Part shown: positions 1 through 13,003 of the stretch, one piece after another | Position numbering within the stretch: position 1 is the stretch's first letter | How the letters are laid out: each line of letters begins with the position of its first letter | Source: Candidatus Latescibacterota bacterium | GTDB taxonomy: Bacteria; Latescibacterota; UBA2968; GCA-2709665 | Direction: 5' to 3' | Assembly (NCBI GenBank): GCA_965248435.1 | Contig: OZ252100.1 | Location: 1,984,001 to 2,048,000, forward strand | Length of the DNA stretch: 64,000 bases | Notes under the pieces: model-generated | Databases searched by the model: none | What the model was told of the DNA's origin: nothing | The model's input: only the letters and a program-made list of their open reading frames with translations | Position numbers and translations under genes: made by a program

Positions 1-925
1 TCGCTTCCTGCAGCTCCGCCGTTCGTTCTTCGACCAGACGGCCTACTCTTGTGTTCTGCCTGGAAAGAAGACCGACTACGGAAAGCACCAGCAAAAAGAC
101 AACGGTCCCGCTCACCTGGACGACGTCAGCCAGCTGTGTGGCCGGTCCCCCGGAGTAAGCAGGGAGGACATCCCAGTAGACTTCCCAGTAGGCCTGTCCA
201 CTGTCGGTGATGATCCGGAACGTTTGAACGGTTCCAGGATTGGGCGTCTTCCCACCCACGACTGCTCGACTGACTTCGGTACCCGCCGTCGGTTCAAACT
301 TCTCCACCAGCCGCACACGCATCCCTTTGGGAATGTGAAGCGCGTAGAGGCCCTCGATGAGCGCGGTGATGTCTACCGGGGTCACGATGGCGCCGTCGAC
401 CCCCCCATTGGGCGCGGCGAAGGCGAGCAAGGCGTGCAGCCGACCCGGCGTGGCCTCGTAGGCTGTCCCGCTGACCACGGCGTCAATGACCTCCATCGCT
501 TTGGTCACAGCTATACGGGCGCCCTCGTGCGCCGACAGGTCTGAACCGGGTGCCAGGAGGCCATCCGCGTCGGTCGAAAGCGTCACCCGGAGCCGGCCGT
601 CATCAGAGGGGACAACATACGCCAGAGAGGTGATCGGGATGGCGGATTCGATGGCCTCCATCACCTCGAGCGCGTCGAACAGCTCGTCTTCGAGGACCTC
701 GGACGAGCTGTAGAAGAGCGTCCCGACCCCCCTCAGCTGTGCGTGGATCATGGACAGCAGGAACAGGCCCGTGTCGGTGACGCGCACGGCATCCTGATAA
801 GCCTGATTCAACCAGGCCTCCCTCGCCTGAGCGCGCATACGGTGCCCGCCGTAGGTGATGGCCCCGATGCCCACCACGAGGGCACCGAGAAAGGGCAGCA
901 GCTTCTTGGCGTCGCGAAACCTCAC
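1..925 (-). CDS. Membrane sensor (probable histidine kinase) N-terminus: TM, CHASE-like periplasmic domain, TM, signalling helix; partial at window edge
   Basis: Not in the ORF track. Manual translation from GTG at 925 gives VRFRDAKKLLPFLGALVVGIGAI...GTVVFLLVLSVVGLFSRQNTRVGRLVEERTAELQEA, open to position 1. VEERTAEL is a typical kinase S-helix. Confidence 0.8.
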   Translation of the reverse strand, partial: MRFRDAKKLLPFLGALVVGIGAITYGGHRMRAQAREAWLNQAYQDAVRVTDTGLFLLSMIHAQLRGVGTLFYSSSEVLEDELFDALEVMEAIESAIPITSLAYVVPSDDGRLRVTLSTDADGLLAPGSDLSAHEGARIAVTKAMEVIDAVVSGTAYEATPGRLHALLAFAAPNGGVDGAIVTPVDITALIEGLYALHIPKGMRVRLVEKFEPTAGTEVSRAVVGGKTPNPGTVQTFRIITDSGQAYWEVYWDVLPAYSGGPATQLADVVQVSGTVVFLLVLSVVGLLSRQNTRVGRLVEERTAELQEA

Positions 926-1001
926 GTTAAAACCTGCTCTTAGGCTGGGATGATTTATAGCGCGCGTTGTTCTCTGCCAACCTGCGCTCCTGAGTGATCA
1001 A

Positions 1002-2096
1002 TCAATTTACAGTGTATATGGCCCGGAAGCCGCTGGGAGCCAGCGTGTTCCTCAAATCGAACTCGTCGATGTTGGATCGGTCCATCACCTGGGGTATCGG
1101 CCCAACGTGCTTGAGAAACGGTTTCCCCTCGAGGATTCGAACCATCTGATCCATCGCGATTCGGCCCTGTATCACGGCCGGATCGACCGGGGCTGCCAGG
1201 ATCTGTCCCCGTTTGATGGCGCGATGGACGCCTGGCGAGAGGTAGTAGGAAACGATCGAGACCTGCTTGCTTAGTCCCCGATTTCGCAGAATCCTGGACG
1301 CCGCTTCCGCTGTGACAGTGGTGCCCACCAGGTAGTCGATGTCAGGGTATTCGTCGAGCACTTCCTTGATAAGCTCTCGCTGTGTCGCCTTTCCGGTGTC
1401 GCCGTATCGGGTGGCTACGACTTCGACCTCACCCGCCTCTACGGCGGTCTTGAACCCCTCATCTCCGGCCTGGACCCATCCAGCGGCCTCTGGACCCGGA
1501 AACCAGGCGACACGCACGGGGGCAGACCCCTTCGGGTGCCGTTTGACGAGAAACTCGCCGGCCAGGCGTCCCATATCGTCGTAAGGCACCAGGGTCTTCG
1601 CCGAGATCTCGCGAGAGGTGACCCCATTGACCACATCCACAACGGGGATGCCTTTGCTGGCAATCTCGGCGATCAGGCTGTCCATACCCGTGTAGGAGAT
1701 GGAGGCCAGGATGATGCCGTCCGGATTCGACGCGAGGCATTTTCTGATCTGCGCGATCTGCACATCCAGATTGTCATAGCCCCCGGCCTGCTCGAGCGTC
1801 ATGCGAACGCCCAGTCTCTTCGCTTCGGAAGCGAGGCCGTAGTTGGCGGCCAGCCAGTAGACGTCCTTCATGTGGGGGAAGAAGACACGGATGTCCCACT
1901 TCTTCGAAGCCTTTTCAAGGGGGATGTAGTCTGCCTCTTTCCGCGGACTGTCCATGTCGAACGGCGGGTCCCAGACTTCGACCGGGTAGGGATACCACTT
2001 GTCCTGTGCCCACACCTGGGCCACCGCGGAAAAGAGGACCACGACGCAGGAAACGACGGTAATGAACTTAGCTTTCCTTATCATCTGATCATCCAC
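1002..2096 (-). CDS. torT: TorT-like periplasmic binding protein (Peripla_BP family)
   Basis: Signal peptide; [31 protein letters not shown] and YGDTGK motifs as in TorT. Confidence 0.75.
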   Translation of the reverse strand: MDDQMIRKAKFITVVSCVVVLFSAVAQVWAQDKWYPYPVEVWDPPFDMDSPRKEADYIPLEKASKKWDIRVFFPHMKDVYWLAANYGLASEAKRLGVRMTLEQAGGYDNLDVQIAQIRKCLASNPDGIILASISYTGMDSLIAEIASKGIPVVDVVNGVTSREISAKTLVPYDDMGRLAGEFLVKRHPKGSAPVRVAWFPGPEAAGWVQAGDEGFKTAVEAGEVEVVATRYGDTGKATQRELIKEVLDEYPDIDYLVGTTVTAEAASRILRNRGLSKQVSIVSYYLSPGVHRAIKRGQILAAPVDPAVIQGRIAMDQMVRILEGKPFLKHVGPIPQVMDRSNIDEFDLRNTLAPSGFRAIYTVN

Positions 2097-5000
2097 GCTG
2101 AGTGGTTTGGTTCAGTTCTTCAAGCACTTCTGCGTATCCTTCCAGCGTCTTCGACATGGCGTCCATGTCGAACATCCCTGTCTGCTCGGCCAGTGTCTCT
2201 GCCCATTTGATCACTGGCGGATAGCCGTATTCCTCGCCCACTCCCTTCACCTCGGCGGCGAAAAGCTCGATCTCATTCATATCCATCGTGGACGCGAGTT
2301 CCTCGCAGATTCCTCGCTTGGCCTCCAATGCATCGGCCAGCTCCGGCAGCTTCTCAATAACCGCTTCGTCCAGTTCCAAGGGTGCTTCTTCAACTTCCGC
2401 TCCCTCCCCTGCGCCGACTTCCAGACCCATCGCCTCCGTGATCGCGGCCACCAGTCGCGAAAGCTCTTCATCCACCGAACTCAGCTGCGACTCGATCTCA
2501 TCCTCGCCCTGTCCCTCCTTGATCGCCGATTCCAGCCCCGCTGCCCGGTGCTGGAGCTCTCCCGCCCCGATCGTCCCGGCCACCCCCTTCAGCGAGTGCG
2601 CGGTGCGCTCCGCCGCCTCGCGATCCTCGTCGCTCAGCTGGCCCCGCACCGTCGTCACGGACTGCGCCTCTTCGCCAGTCGCGAACCCTTTCACCAGCTT
2701 CTCGTAGAAATCTCGCTTCCCCATCACCCGTTTGACGCCGCCCTCTACGTCCAGTCCTTCGATCCCCGCAAGAAGATCATCACCTGATTCCATAGTCGGC
2801 GCCGCCTCGACAGCGACTGCGGAAGGTTCCTCGACCTCCGGGACTTCCCGCTCTCCGGGCTCGATCCACTGGAGTAGCTTCCCAAACATATCGTCGGGGT
2901 CGATGGGCTTGGCGATGTGGTCGTTCATGCCGGCTTGGAGGCAGCGTTCGCGGTCGCCTTCCATCGCGTTGGCCGTCATTGCCAGGATGGGAAGGTCGCT
3001 GAAGCGCGAATCCTTCCGGATTTCCACGGTTGCAGTCACGCCGTCCATCACCGGCATCTGCATGTCCATCAGCACGGCGTCGTACGGATGTTCAGCCACC
3101 ATGTTGACGCCGACTTGACCGTCCTCGGCTAGGTCGACCACCAGGCCCCCCTGAGTCAGCAGTTCCATCGCCACCTGCTGATTCAACTCGTTGTCTTCCA
3201 CGAGCAGGACGCGGGCGCCTCTGATGGGGGCAAGGTCGATGGACCCTCTCGTATCTACGACGGACTCCGCACGTTGGCCACTGAGCACCTGTATGGCCGC
3301 ATCGAAGAGCAGAGACGCGTTCACGGGCTTCACCAGAAAGACCTCTACGCCGGCCTCCTCCGCCTCGTGAAAGACCTCCGCCCGTCCGTACGCCGTTACC
3401 ATCACCGCGTGCGGACGGGACTTGAGTTCCGTCGCCGCCAATCTGCGCACGGTTTCGATCCCGTCGATGCCCGGGGGCATCCTCCAGTCGATGAACACGA
3501 CTTCATACGGCTCGTCACCCTCATCGGCAGTGGCAATTGCGGACAGCGCCTCTTCTCCCGAGCCGACCTCATCTACCCGGAAGGTCATCGCGACGAGCAT
3601 TTCCGACATAATCTGGCGGGCGTGGGCATTGTCTTCTACGACCAGTACTCGCCGATTGCGCAGGTCGGGCTCTGGAAGGAACTGGCGCACCTTCTCCTCA
3701 CCCTTGCCTAGCTTTGCAGTGAACCAGAAGGTGCTGCCGACTCCGTACTCGCTCTCCACGCCGACGTCGCCGCCCATAAGAGTTGCCAACTGCTTGGAGA
3801 TGGTCAGTCCAAGGCCTGTCCCGCCGTACTTTCGCGAGGTGGATGTATCCGCCTGCTGGAACGCCTGGAAAAGCTTGCCCCTCTGCTCTTCCGTCAGTCC
3901 GATTCCGGTATCCTGGACCTCGAACCGAACGAGCAGATCGTCGTCCGTCTCTTTGACCTTCCTCGCCCGGACGATAATCTCGCCCTCTTCGGTGAACTTC
4001 ACTGCATTGTTGGCATAATTGATGATGACCTGGCCGATTCGCAGAGGGTCGCCGCGAAGTGCGCGGGGCAGGTCGGGCTCGATGTCGAAAATCAGCTCGA
4101 GCCCCTGTACCGTGGCCTTGTCTCCGATGAGGGCGGCGGCGTTGTCCATCACCTTGTCGAGGTCGAAGTCGACGGATTCGACATCGAGCTTCCCGGCTTC
4201 GATCTTTGAGAAGTCGAGGATGTCGTTGATGATCCCCAGCAGGTGCTGCCCTGATCCCTGGATCTTCTGGATGTAGTCCTTCTGCTTCGCGTCGAGGCTT
4301 GTGCGGAGGGCGAGATGGGCCATCCCGATCACGGCGTTCATCGGCGTCCGGATCTCGTGCGACATGTTGGCCAGGAAGTCGGCCTTCGCCTGAGAGGCTG
4401 CCTCGGCGACATCCCTGGCTTCGTGCAACTCTTCTTCGTACTGCTTTCGGTCCGTGATGTCGGTGACCATCGCAAAGGCACCGATCTCTCGCCCCCGCTC
4501 GTCGGTAAGGGTCGTCGCGTGGAATAGACAGGGGACCAGGCGGCCGTCGGGCCTCAACAATGAGACCTCGTAGCCACTTGTGACTCCCCGATCCCTGCGC
4601 TTCGCGCCCTCCGCTTCCCAGATGCGCGCGTTCTCCTCATCCGTGAAGTCGTAGATGGAACGGCCGATAATCTCCTCTTCAGGGCGGCCGAGGATATCAC
4701 ACATCATCTCGTTGACCTGGAGAGTGATCAGGTCGTTGTCGGTCAACCAGAACCCTTCCGAGGCCGTCTCGAGGATCCGCCGGATTCGAGTCTCGCTGGA
4801 GCGCAGCGCCGCCGACTGCCTGCGGTTGACCCGGTAGCTCCAAACGACGACGACGAGAAGGATGAGCAGGAGGATGCCGACGACGGACCCGGTGACGAGG
4901 GCCGTCTGCTGTCTCTGGATAGTCGTGTCTTGAGTTTCCAGACTCTTCTTCTGGCGTTCGATTTCCTCCCCCAACCCCGCCATCTCACGCTTCTGTTGCT

Positions 5001-5940
5001 CCAGGACCGTGGCGCTGGCCCCGATCTGTTCGGCCAGGACACTGACCTGCGCCTCCCGGGCCTGCAATGTATCGAGCTTGGACTTCAATCCCTGCTCAGC
5101 CACCCGTGCGCGTGCCCGGTTCCTCTCAAGCCGCGCCCTGTCGTCTTCCAGTTGAGCCGCGAGATCTGTCAGGAGCCCTTCACGTTCACTGATCTTGGAG
5201 CTCTGCTGCTCGATCCGCTCGTTCTGCGCTTCGATCTCGGTCTGCTGCCGAGCGACCTCCGCCTGGATCCTGGTGAGTTCTTCCTGCTGACTTGCCATCG
5301 CCTGTCTTTGTGACTCGAGCGTGGATCCCATCTCCCGGTAGACTTTGACGACTTCGACCTCAGCACCACCCAGATCGAGAACGTCGTCGGAGACGCCGAG
5401 ATTCTCCGCGACGATGTTGGCCAGGTTGGCCTCGAACCCGATACGCCCATCGCTAGAGGTGGTAAGGTTGAGCATCACGACTGCGCCATCGGCACAGCCA
5501 TCAGTTACGAGGAGCGTGCCGCTGCCGCGAAGCGTCTCTGAAACCGACCGGACTCTGGCATTTTCCGACCTGCTCAGGACCAATACGTGAGCCGATCGCG
5601 CTTCCTGAGCGTTGGCGATCGGTTCGACCCGAATGGGTCGCCCGTGGACGCTCCTCCCCGGAAGGGAAGAGGCCAGTTCACGCGAAAGGGCGTCGTCTCT
5701 GCCCAAAAGGGCGACGACGAAGGGGCCACCCTCGTCCGGCCACTGGCCGGATTTGATAAAGTTGTAGACATAGGCGCCCTTGATCTGGACGGGTGACTGG
5801 GCGCCGGCCTCGCCCCCAATGCCGGCCCAGAGCATACAAGAAATGCCGAGGAGGCAGACGGTATTCGCCCAACCCATTGCGATCTTGATGCGCGACACGA
5901 TGGCCTCGTGATATCGGATGGATCTGTTGACTCCCATCAT
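2089..5940 (-). CDS. Hybrid sensor kinase: YfiR/DUF4154-like, long coiled coil, TM, PAS, HisKA, HATPase, REC, REC, HPt
   Basis: [13 protein letters not shown] (YfiR-like); [15 protein letters not shown]-box; DTGIG and KYGGTGLGL boxes; two REC domains; AHSLKGVAG HPt. Start moved to ATG 5940, which overlaps the upstream stop (ATGA). Confidence 0.9.
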   Translation of the reverse strand: MMGVNRSIRYHEAIVSRIKIAMGWANTVCLLGISCMLWAGIGGEAGAQSPVQIKGAYVYNFIKSGQWPDEGGPFVVALLGRDDALSRELASSLPGRSVHGRPIRVEPIANAQEARSAHVLVLSRSENARVRSVSETLRGSGTLLVTDGCADGAVVMLNLTTSSDGRIGFEANLANIVAENLGVSDDVLDLGGAEVEVVKVYREMGSTLESQRQAMASQQEELTRIQAEVARQQTEIEAQNERIEQQSSKISEREGLLTDLAAQLEDDRARLERNRARARVAEQGLKSKLDTLQAREAQVSVLAEQIGASATVLEQQKREMAGLGEEIERQKKSLETQDTTIQRQQTALVTGSVVGILLLILLVVVVWSYRVNRRQSAALRSSETRIRRILETASEGFWLTDNDLITLQVNEMMCDILGRPEEEIIGRSIYDFTDEENARIWEAEGAKRRDRGVTSGYEVSLLRPDGRLVPCLFHATTLTDERGREIGAFAMVTDITDRKQYEEELHEARDVAEAASQAKADFLANMSHEIRTPMNAVIGMAHLALRTSLDAKQKDYIQKIQGSGQHLLGIINDILDFSKIEAGKLDVESVDFDLDKVMDNAAALIGDKATVQGLELIFDIEPDLPRALRGDPLRIGQVIINYANNAVKFTEEGEIIVRARKVKETDDDLLVRFEVQDTGIGLTEEQRGKLFQAFQQADTSTSRKYGGTGLGLTISKQLATLMGGDVGVESEYGVGSTFWFTAKLGKGEEKVRQFLPEPDLRNRRVLVVEDNAHARQIMSEMLVAMTFRVDEVGSGEEALSAIATADEGDEPYEVVFIDWRMPPGIDGIETVRRLAATELKSRPHAVMVTAYGRAEVFHEAEEAGVEVFLVKPVNASLLFDAAIQVLSGQRAESVVDTRGSIDLAPIRGARVLLVEDNELNQQVAMELLTQGGLVVDLAEDGQVGVNMVAEHPYDAVLMDMQMPVMDGVTATVEIRKDSRFSDLPILAMTANAMEGDRERCLQAGMNDHIAKPIDPDDMFGKLLQWIEPGEREVPEVEEPSAVAVEAAPTMESGDDLLAGIEGLDVEGGVKRVMGKRDFYEKLVKGFATGEEAQSVTTVRGQLSDEDREAAERTAHSLKGVAGTIGAGELQHRAAGLESAIKEGQGEDEIESQLSSVDEELSRLVAAITEAMGLEVGAGEGAEVEEAPLELDEAVIEKLPELADALEAKRGICEELASTMDMNEIELFAAEVKGVGEEYGYPPVIKWAETLAEQTGMFDMDAMSKTLEGYAEVLEELNQTTQRG

Positions 5941-8105
5941 AGCGCGTAGCCCAGCCTGACGGAAACCGGAGCAGCCTCGCTTCGGTACCCGCCCATTCGG
6001 CCGAAAAAGTTGCGTTTGTTGAGATCCGGCTGGATCCATCCCAACACGTTTTGGAGGTGAAGGGCCAACTCGATACCGGGTCCTGGGTGGTAGACGAATC
6101 CCAGGTTGAGAAAAGCGCTGCCCGCGAACGCGTTGGTGCGTCCGTCATCCGTACGGGTGAGCGAGTTCCGTTTGAGCACCTCGTTGTTGTAGTCTGCGTA
6201 GGCTTCGGCGCCCTTGAATCCCCAGAGCAGGCGCAGCGAACTGGATGCCTTCAGCTTCCGGGTCACGTGCCAACGCCAGGTCAGCTTGCCCACGTGCCAC
6301 GGCCAGTGGTGGAGGTCATTACCGTATCCGTAGGGCGCGCTCGTCTCCGTCTGGGTCCGAATGCTCTCGTCCAGGAGCGTGAATTCACGCAGCTTCGTGA
6401 AGGCGTAGGATCCCACCAGGATGTGTCTGCGCCCCGTGTAGCTGGCCTCCGCCTCCAGACCGAAGATCTTCTCATTGCCGACGGGCCTCGTTCGGTTTCT
6501 GGGCGGCCCCACAAAGCCGATGATGTCGATGTCCTGCCAGCACAGTGCGGCCGACAGCACGAGGTCATCCCCGGCCCGGTAGTCGTGGCGAAGCTCGAGC
6601 GAATTGACCTTCTCGATTTCCGCCAATGAGTCAGGGTTGGCATCGGCCTGCTGCTTCAGTTCGATATCATCGCTCTTTCTGACCGACCGATTGTAGAACA
6701 GCTTGGTGATGTTTGACTCGACGGGCGTAAAGACAAGCGCCGCCTTCGGTGAGGCCATCCATTGGGTGAAGCTGTGCTTGTCCATTCGTCCACCGAGGAA
6801 GGCCGTCCATTGGTCGCCGGCGTTCAACTGGTACTCGGCCAGGAACCCCAGCAGGTTTGTGGTCCAGGGCTCGTAATCGGTCCGACCGTTATGGGCCGGA
6901 TCGTCCGTAAGCCCCCAGGGGTCCTTGCCGAACCACTCGCGGGAGTAATCCACACCGACGGCCACCGACTGATTGGCGCGCGGCGTCCAGGACAACAGTG
7001 ATCTCAGGTTGAGCTCATCCTCCCGGAAGGCAGCAATGAACTCCCGGTTCGCGATTTCAAAGACGTCCGCCCTGACCACATCGTGGATATCGTAGCTCGC
7101 CCGCAGCCGCAGCATCAGCCTCGGGTCCAACTCCACGCCCTGCTCACCCTGCATCGTGATCTGCTGGTAGCGCAAACCCTGCACACTACCCTCGAACGTC
7201 TCCCGGCTTTCGATGACGCTGCGAGCGGGCAGGTAGTGGAGGCCGCCGCGGACGAACCGGGCCCAGAGCGCGGAATTTCCGTGTCGGACTTCCAGATGCG
7301 CCTTGTGATGAAGCTTCCCGTCCAACGCTTTGTTGTGACGCACGATGCCGGAATCGATCGCCACGCCGGCCGTAAATAGGTCCGTACCGTCGCTCAGTGT
7401 CTTGGTTTTGCTGAAGGTGAGCGGCGAATCGGCCGGATCGGCTCCACGATAGTCGTCGATCCCGTAATAACCGAAGAGGCTGGATCTGGCCCCGAGCGTA
7501 CGTGTAAATCTCGCTTCGCCCAGCGTGTAGCCTTCCACGAATCCCTGCCTGAAAGTGGCCTCCAGCCCGTCTGATAAGCCCTGCGCGGACGTCCGGATGC
7601 TGATCACACCGTTGATCGCTCCCGGTCCGTAGACCGAAGAGCCCGGACCGCGGACGACTTCGATCGACTCGATGTCTCCGAACAGCGGCAGAAAGCGCTC
7701 CGAGACGGCGCCGTAGAAGGCCCGTTGGTTCATGACCCGGCCGTTTACGAGCAGGAGGGTCTTGTTGTTTTTGCCGCCGAGGATGCCCCTCATTCCGACT
7801 TTCGGCCCTGTCCCGCCGGCCACTTCCAGGCGTATGAGATTGGGCACGTAGATCTCGAGGAGCTCGTCCAGATTCCGGGCGCCCGAATCCTCGATCATCT
7901 CACGCGTAATCAAGGTCACCGAGGCTGGGACCTTGCCCGCCTCCGTCCTGGTCAGCGAAGCGCCGGACGAGATCTTCAGCTTGTCAAGCTCATTCAAGCT
8001 CAGATCGTAGATGCTTGCGTGTTCCTGGCCGGGCACGGAGGAACCGATCAGAAGAAGAAGGATCGGGTAGAGGCACCTCAAGTACACAATCACACCTTTC
8101 ATCAA
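5937..8105 (-). CDS. TonB-dependent receptor
   Basis: Signal peptide; plug motifs VPASVTLIT and [16 protein letters not shown]; beta-barrel-like C-terminus (VRLGYAL). Confidence 0.88.
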   Translation of the reverse strand: MMKGVIVYLRCLYPILLLLIGSSVPGQEHASIYDLSLNELDKLKISSGASLTRTEAGKVPASVTLITREMIEDSGARNLDELLEIYVPNLIRLEVAGGTGPKVGMRGILGGKNNKTLLLVNGRVMNQRAFYGAVSERFLPLFGDIESIEVVRGPGSSVYGPGAINGVISIRTSAQGLSDGLEATFRQGFVEGYTLGEARFTRTLGARSSLFGYYGIDDYRGADPADSPLTFSKTKTLSDGTDLFTAGVAIDSGIVRHNKALDGKLHHKAHLEVRHGNSALWARFVRGGLHYLPARSVIESRETFEGSVQGLRYQQITMQGEQGVELDPRLMLRLRASYDIHDVVRADVFEIANREFIAAFREDELNLRSLLSWTPRANQSVAVGVDYSREWFGKDPWGLTDDPAHNGRTDYEPWTTNLLGFLAEYQLNAGDQWTAFLGGRMDKHSFTQWMASPKAALVFTPVESNITKLFYNRSVRKSDDIELKQQADANPDSLAEIEKVNSLELRHDYRAGDDLVLSAALCWQDIDIIGFVGPPRNRTRPVGNEKIFGLEAEASYTGRRHILVGSYAFTKLREFTLLDESIRTQTETSAPYGYGNDLHHWPWHVGKLTWRWHVTRKLKASSSLRLLWGFKGAEAYADYNNEVLKRNSLTRTDDGRTNAFAGSAFLNLGFVYHPGPGIELALHLQNVLGWIQPDLNKRNFFGRMGGYRSEAAPVSVRLGYAL

Positions 8106-11100
8106 GCTCCCTCGGTGCGAATCGATTCGATCACATCAGGGAATGCTTCCAGCCCTTTTGCAATGCTGTCCATGTCGAACATCCCGGCCTGCTCGGCCAG
8201 TGTCTCTGCCCACTTGATCACCGGCGGATAGCCGTATTCCTCACCCAATCCCTTCACTTCCGCGGCGAAATTCTCGATTTCATTCATGTCCAGCGTAGCT
8301 GCCAGCTCCTCACAACCCGCTCGTTTGCCTTCCAACGCCCCAGCAAGCTCAGGCAGCCTTTCGATAACCGCTTCGTCCAGTTCCACGGGTGCGTCTTCCC
8401 CTCCCGCTCCCTCATCTGCGCCCTCTTCCAGACCCATCGCCTCCTCGATCGCCGTCACCAATCGCGTGAGCTCTTCATCTACCGAACTCAGCTGCGACTC
8501 GACTGCGTCCTCGCCCCGTCCCTCCTTGATCGCCGACTCCAGCCCCGCGGCCCGCTGCTGCAGCTCTCCGGCCCCGAGCGTCCCGGCCACCCCTTTCAGA
8601 GAATGCGCGGTGCGCTCCGCCGCTTCCCGCTCCCCTTCGGCCAGCTGGACCCGCACCGTCGCCACCGACTGCGCCTCCTCGCCCGTCGCGAACCCTTTCA
8701 CCAGCTTCTCGTAGAAGTCCCGCTTCCCCATGACCCTTTTCACGCCCCCATCAACATCCAGTCCTTCTATCAACTCCAGGGCGGCGGACTCCTCCACTGT
8801 TTCTTCTACAGCAACCGCCGGTGACTCCTCAACTGCAGCCGTCTCGCGATGCCCGGGCGCGATCCATTGCACCAGTGTCCCGAATAGTCCGTCGGGATCG
8901 ATCGGCTTCGCCACGTGATCGTTCATGCCGGCCTCGAAACACCGCTCCCGGTCCCCCTCCATCGCGTTCGCCGTCATGGCCACGATCGGCAGATCGGCAA
9001 ACTTCGACTCCTTCCGAATCTCCCGGGTCGCCGTTACCCCGTCCATCACCGGCATCTGCATATCCATCAGCACCAGGTCATACGGATTCTCGACCACCAT
9101 CTGCACGCCCACCTGACCGTTCTCCGCAAGCTCAACGACAAAGCCCGCATCCCTCAGAAGCTCCATTGCCACCTGTTGATTCAGCTCGTTGTCCTCCACC
9201 AGTAGGAGCCGCGCACCCCGGACCGGCCTCAGGTCCACGCCAGCCACCGCCTCGCCAGGTTGCTTTTCGACCACCTCCCCGCTGAGTACCTGAATGGCGG
9301 TGTCAAACAGCAGAGAAGCGTTCACAGGCTTCACGAGCGATACCTCCACACCCGCCTCTTCAGCCTCCTGGAACACCTCAGCGCGGCCGTAGGCCGTCAC
9401 CATCACGGCGTGGGGAGGGGACTTCATGCTTGCTGAGCGCAATCTTCGCACGGCCTCGATCCCATCTATTCCGGGCGGCATCCGCCAGTCCATGAACGCG
9501 ATCTCGTAGGGATCGTCACCCTCATCCGCCGTTGCGATCGCCGAAAGGGCCTCCTCCCCGGACCCAACCTCATCTACCCGGAAGGTCATGCTGGCCAGCA
9601 TTTCCGACAGGATCTGGCGAGCTTGAGCGTTGTCGTCCACCACTAGCACCCGACGGTTCCGCAGATCTGACTCCGGCACGTACTCCCGCTTCTTCTCCTC
9701 CCCCCGGTCCAGCCGAGCCGTGAACCAGAACGTGCTGCCCACACCCAACTCGCTCTCCACGCCGACCTCGCCCCCCATCAGCGTCGCCAGCTGCTTCGAG
9801 ATCGCAAGACCCAGGCCGGTGCCCCCGTACTTTCGCGAGGTCGAAGTGTCCGCCTGCTGGAACGACTGGAACAGCTTCCCACGCTGCTCGTCCGTCAGCC
9901 CGATCCCGGTGTCCTGCACGTCGAAACGGACCAGGAGGCTCTCCTCCGAAGCCTCCAGCATCCGGGCTCGGACGATGATCTCGCCTTCGTCCGTGAACTT
10001 GACGGCGTTGTTGGCGTAGTTGATGATCACCTGTCCGATACGTAGCGGATCCCCTCTCAGGGCACGCGGCAGGTCGGCCTGGATGTCGAAGATCAGCTCC
10101 AGATCCTTGGCCGTGGCCTTATCCCCGATCAACGCCGCAATATTATCCAGCACCTTATCCAGGTCGAAGTCCACCGTTTCGACGTCCAGCTTGCCGGCTT
10201 CGATCTTGGAGAAGTCCAGGATGTCGTTGATGATCCCCAGCAGGTGCTGCCCGGAGCCCTGGATCTTCTGGACGTAGTCCTTCTGCTTGGGGTCCAGGTT
10301 TGTGCGGAGGGCGAGATGCGCCATCCCGATCACGGCGTTCATCGGTGTCCGGATTTCGTGGCTCATATTCGCCAGGAAGTCGGCCTTTGCCTGAGAGGCT
10401 GCCTCGGCCTCCTGGCGGGCTTCGAGGAGGTCGCGGGTCTGCTCATCCACCAGCCGCCGGAGTTCAAGCCGCTGCTGCTCGGAGGCCCGGACACGCCAGC
10501 GCGTGAATCCGACGACGAGCAGGATGCTGCCCAGGAGGTAGGCCGCGTAGGCGGACCACGTCCGCCAGGGCGCCGCCGCCACGAGAATGTTCAGGGCGAC
10601 CTCCTGGTCGGGACGGGACCAGACGCCGTCGTTGTTCGAGCCTCGAACGCGGAGGCGGTACGATCCGCCAGGGAGATTCGAATACCGCCCGAACCGTTTC
10701 GTACCCGATAAGAACCAGTGCTTGTCGTACCCTTCCAGGAAGTACTCGTATTGATTCTTGGAGGAGTTGGTGAAGTTCATCGCAACGAACTCGAACTCGA
10801 ATTTGTTGTCCCGCCAGCCCAGGTACAGGTCGGTCGCCTTCTCGAACGCGACATCCAGCCGAAGCTCCTGGCCCTCCTGGCGGATCGCGGTCAGGTAGAC
10901 CTGCGGCGGTTCCTGATTGGTCTCCAGCTGCTCGGGATAGAAGCTGTTGAGCCCGTTGAAGCCCCCGAACCAGAGCTGTCCGGCCCTTGTTTTGCCCCGT
11001 GCCGTCGGGAAGAAATCGTGGCTGTGGAGCCCGTCTTCTCTGGTATAGACCCTGATCACTTTCTCCTGCTTCGCATCGAAGGCGACCAGTCCGATGTTGG

Positions 11101-12994
11101 TCCCGAGCCATAGCCGCCCTGAATTGTCCTCCAGAATATTGTGGACGATCTTAGCGTCGAACCCGCGGGTTTCATCGAAGCGCTCGAAGATGCCCTGCCC
11201 CTTGTCGAACCGGTTCAACCCGCGGTCGGTGCAGACCCAGAAGATGCCCCTGGAGTCCTCGTAGACGTCGAAGACGGTGTTCGAACTAATGCTCGTCCCG
11301 TCGTTCTCATCGTGCTGGTGGTGCGTGAAGATCTCGGCCCGCTTGTCGAATCGGTCGAGTCCGCCGCCCCACGTGGCGATCCACATGATGCGCGGGTCGT
11401 CCCGGTCCTGGATGAAACGGACCGACGTGACCGCCGCAAAGCTGCCCGGATCCGCCGGATCGTGTTTGTAGATCTTCCGTTCGCCGGTCCTCAGATTGTA
11501 CCGGTTGAAGCTCTGCTCCCAGCCCACCGCCCAGACGACGTCCGCCTCGTCCGGGTCCTGCAGGATGGTGTAGAACCAGGTATCGTCGGTCAATCGCTTC
11601 TCCACGACGCCGAGGTCCCGGTCGAACAGAACCATGCCTTCCGCCGTGGAAACAATGAACCAATCCCGCTCCGGGTCTTCGTAGAATCCGGCGGGGTACC
11701 CGTGAGGAAGGGTCCGCAAATCTTTTGAGTCGGGCTTATAGTGCGTGAACGTGTGTGTCTCCGGGTGGAATCGATCCAGCCCTGCCCCGAAATGGCCGAT
11801 CCAGATCGTGCCCCGGCTGTCCTCGAATACGGGGACCGCTGCGTCGCTTGCCAGGCTTTGCGGATCGAACGGGTTGTGGCGGAACAGCTCGAAACGATGG
11901 GCCTGCGGGTCCGATTTGTCCACTTTGCCGGTGTTGTCTGTGATCCAGAGAATCCCGCGGCGGTCTTCGAAGGCGCCCTGCACGGCGTCCGAGGTGATGC
12001 TGGCGGGGTCGCCCGGGTCCGCCCGATACTGCTCGTAGGTCCCGTCCTCGGGGTCGAACAGAATCAACCCCACCGCCGAAATCGATGGGATTACCACGAT
12101 TCTGCCGTCGGGCTTCAGGTAAAGATCGCTGATGCTCATCTCTGGAAGGCTGGACGGGTCCTCCGGGTTATGAACATAGTGGTCGAAGGTTCCCGATCGT
12201 TTGTCGAACCGGATCAGACCATCGTCACGCGACCCGAACCAGAGAAAGCCCCGACGGTCCTCTACGATGGCCTGGATTTCGTTGTCCGGGATGCTTCCCG
12301 GGTCCTGGGGATCGTGCAGGTACCGGATAAAGCTCCCGGACGGTTTATCGAAGCGGTTGACCCCGTCGCGCTTCGTGGATACCCACAGGTGGCCGTCTCT
12401 GTCTTCGAACACCGAGTAGATGTCGTTGCTGGACAGACTGCCGTCGTCGTTCGGGTCGTGCCAGTAGTTGGTGAAAGCCCCGGTCCGGGGGTCGAATCGG
12501 CTCAAGCCCTTCTGCGTCCCAAACCACATCGTGCCGTCATCGTCTTCCACGATCGTCCGGGACGACAGGTTGAAGGTATTGCTGGCGAGCGTTTCATTGG
12601 GCCGTTCAGGATCCCGTCTGAACACGTCGAACATGTTTGTCTGTTTGTCGTAGCGGTTCAGGCCATCGTTGGTTCCCACCCAGATGAGCCCCCTGCTGTC
12701 TTCGAAAATCTGTGTGACGAAATCGTTCGATATGGAGCCGGGGCCCTCCTTGAACAGCTTGACGGAGGTGCCGTCGTATCGGGCCATCCCGTTAAAAAAA
12801 GAACCGAACCACAGAAATCCGTCCCGATCCTGAATGATGGCGAACGACGGCTCACCCCCGATATCGAACGCATACTCGAATTTCAGCTGCTCTTCCGAAA
12901 TCGCGGAGTTGCTGGCCCAGGCGAGGTCCCGGCTCGGGAACGCAACCGCAAGAAATGTGAGCAAGGCGCAACAAAGTAAGGGTTTCCGAATCAT
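8102..12994 (-). CDS. Hybrid sensor kinase with Reg_prop beta-propeller repeats and Y_Y_Y, TM, HisKA, HATPase, REC, REC, HPt
   Basis: Many EDxxGxxWxGT..GLxRFD repeats; [22 protein letters not shown]; H-box; HPt AHSLKG. Confidence 0.93.
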   Translation of the reverse strand: MIRKPLLCCALLTFLAVAFPSRDLAWASNSAISEEQLKFEYAFDIGGEPSFAIIQDRDGFLWFGSFFNGMARYDGTSVKLFKEGPGSISNDFVTQIFEDSRGLIWVGTNDGLNRYDKQTNMFDVFRRDPERPNETLASNTFNLSSRTIVEDDDGTMWFGTQKGLSRFDPRTGAFTNYWHDPNDDGSLSSNDIYSVFEDRDGHLWVSTKRDGVNRFDKPSGSFIRYLHDPQDPGSIPDNEIQAIVEDRRGFLWFGSRDDGLIRFDKRSGTFDHYVHNPEDPSSLPEMSISDLYLKPDGRIVVIPSISAVGLILFDPEDGTYEQYRADPGDPASITSDAVQGAFEDRRGILWITDNTGKVDKSDPQAHRFELFRHNPFDPQSLASDAAVPVFEDSRGTIWIGHFGAGLDRFHPETHTFTHYKPDSKDLRTLPHGYPAGFYEDPERDWFIVSTAEGMVLFDRDLGVVEKRLTDDTWFYTILQDPDEADVVWAVGWEQSFNRYNLRTGERKIYKHDPADPGSFAAVTSVRFIQDRDDPRIMWIATWGGGLDRFDKRAEIFTHHQHDENDGTSISSNTVFDVYEDSRGIFWVCTDRGLNRFDKGQGIFERFDETRGFDAKIVHNILEDNSGRLWLGTNIGLVAFDAKQEKVIRVYTREDGLHSHDFFPTARGKTRAGQLWFGGFNGLNSFYPEQLETNQEPPQVYLTAIRQEGQELRLDVAFEKATDLYLGWRDNKFEFEFVAMNFTNSSKNQYEYFLEGYDKHWFLSGTKRFGRYSNLPGGSYRLRVRGSNNDGVWSRPDQEVALNILVAAAPWRTWSAYAAYLLGSILLVVGFTRWRVRASEQQRLELRRLVDEQTRDLLEARQEAEAASQAKADFLANMSHEIRTPMNAVIGMAHLALRTNLDPKQKDYVQKIQGSGQHLLGIINDILDFSKIEAGKLDVETVDFDLDKVLDNIAALIGDKATAKDLELIFDIQADLPRALRGDPLRIGQVIINYANNAVKFTDEGEIIVRARMLEASEESLLVRFDVQDTGIGLTDEQRGKLFQSFQQADTSTSRKYGGTGLGLAISKQLATLMGGEVGVESELGVGSTFWFTARLDRGEEKKREYVPESDLRNRRVLVVDDNAQARQILSEMLASMTFRVDEVGSGEEALSAIATADEGDDPYEIAFMDWRMPPGIDGIEAVRRLRSASMKSPPHAVMVTAYGRAEVFQEAEEAGVEVSLVKPVNASLLFDTAIQVLSGEVVEKQPGEAVAGVDLRPVRGARLLLVEDNELNQQVAMELLRDAGFVVELAENGQVGVQMVVENPYDLVLMDMQMPVMDGVTATREIRKESKFADLPIVAMTANAMEGDRERCFEAGMNDHVAKPIDPDGLFGTLVQWIAPGHRETAAVEESPAVAVEETVEESAALELIEGLDVDGGVKRVMGKRDFYEKLVKGFATGEEAQSVATVRVQLAEGEREAAERTAHSLKGVAGTLGAGELQQRAAGLESAIKEGRGEDAVESQLSSVDEELTRLVTAIEEAMGLEEGADEGAGGEDAPVELDEAVIERLPELAGALEGKRAGCEELAATLDMNEIENFAAEVKGLGEEYGYPPVIKWAETLAEQAGMFDMDSIAKGLEAFPDVIESIRTEGA

Positions 12995-13003
12995 CGCGAG
13001 AAC

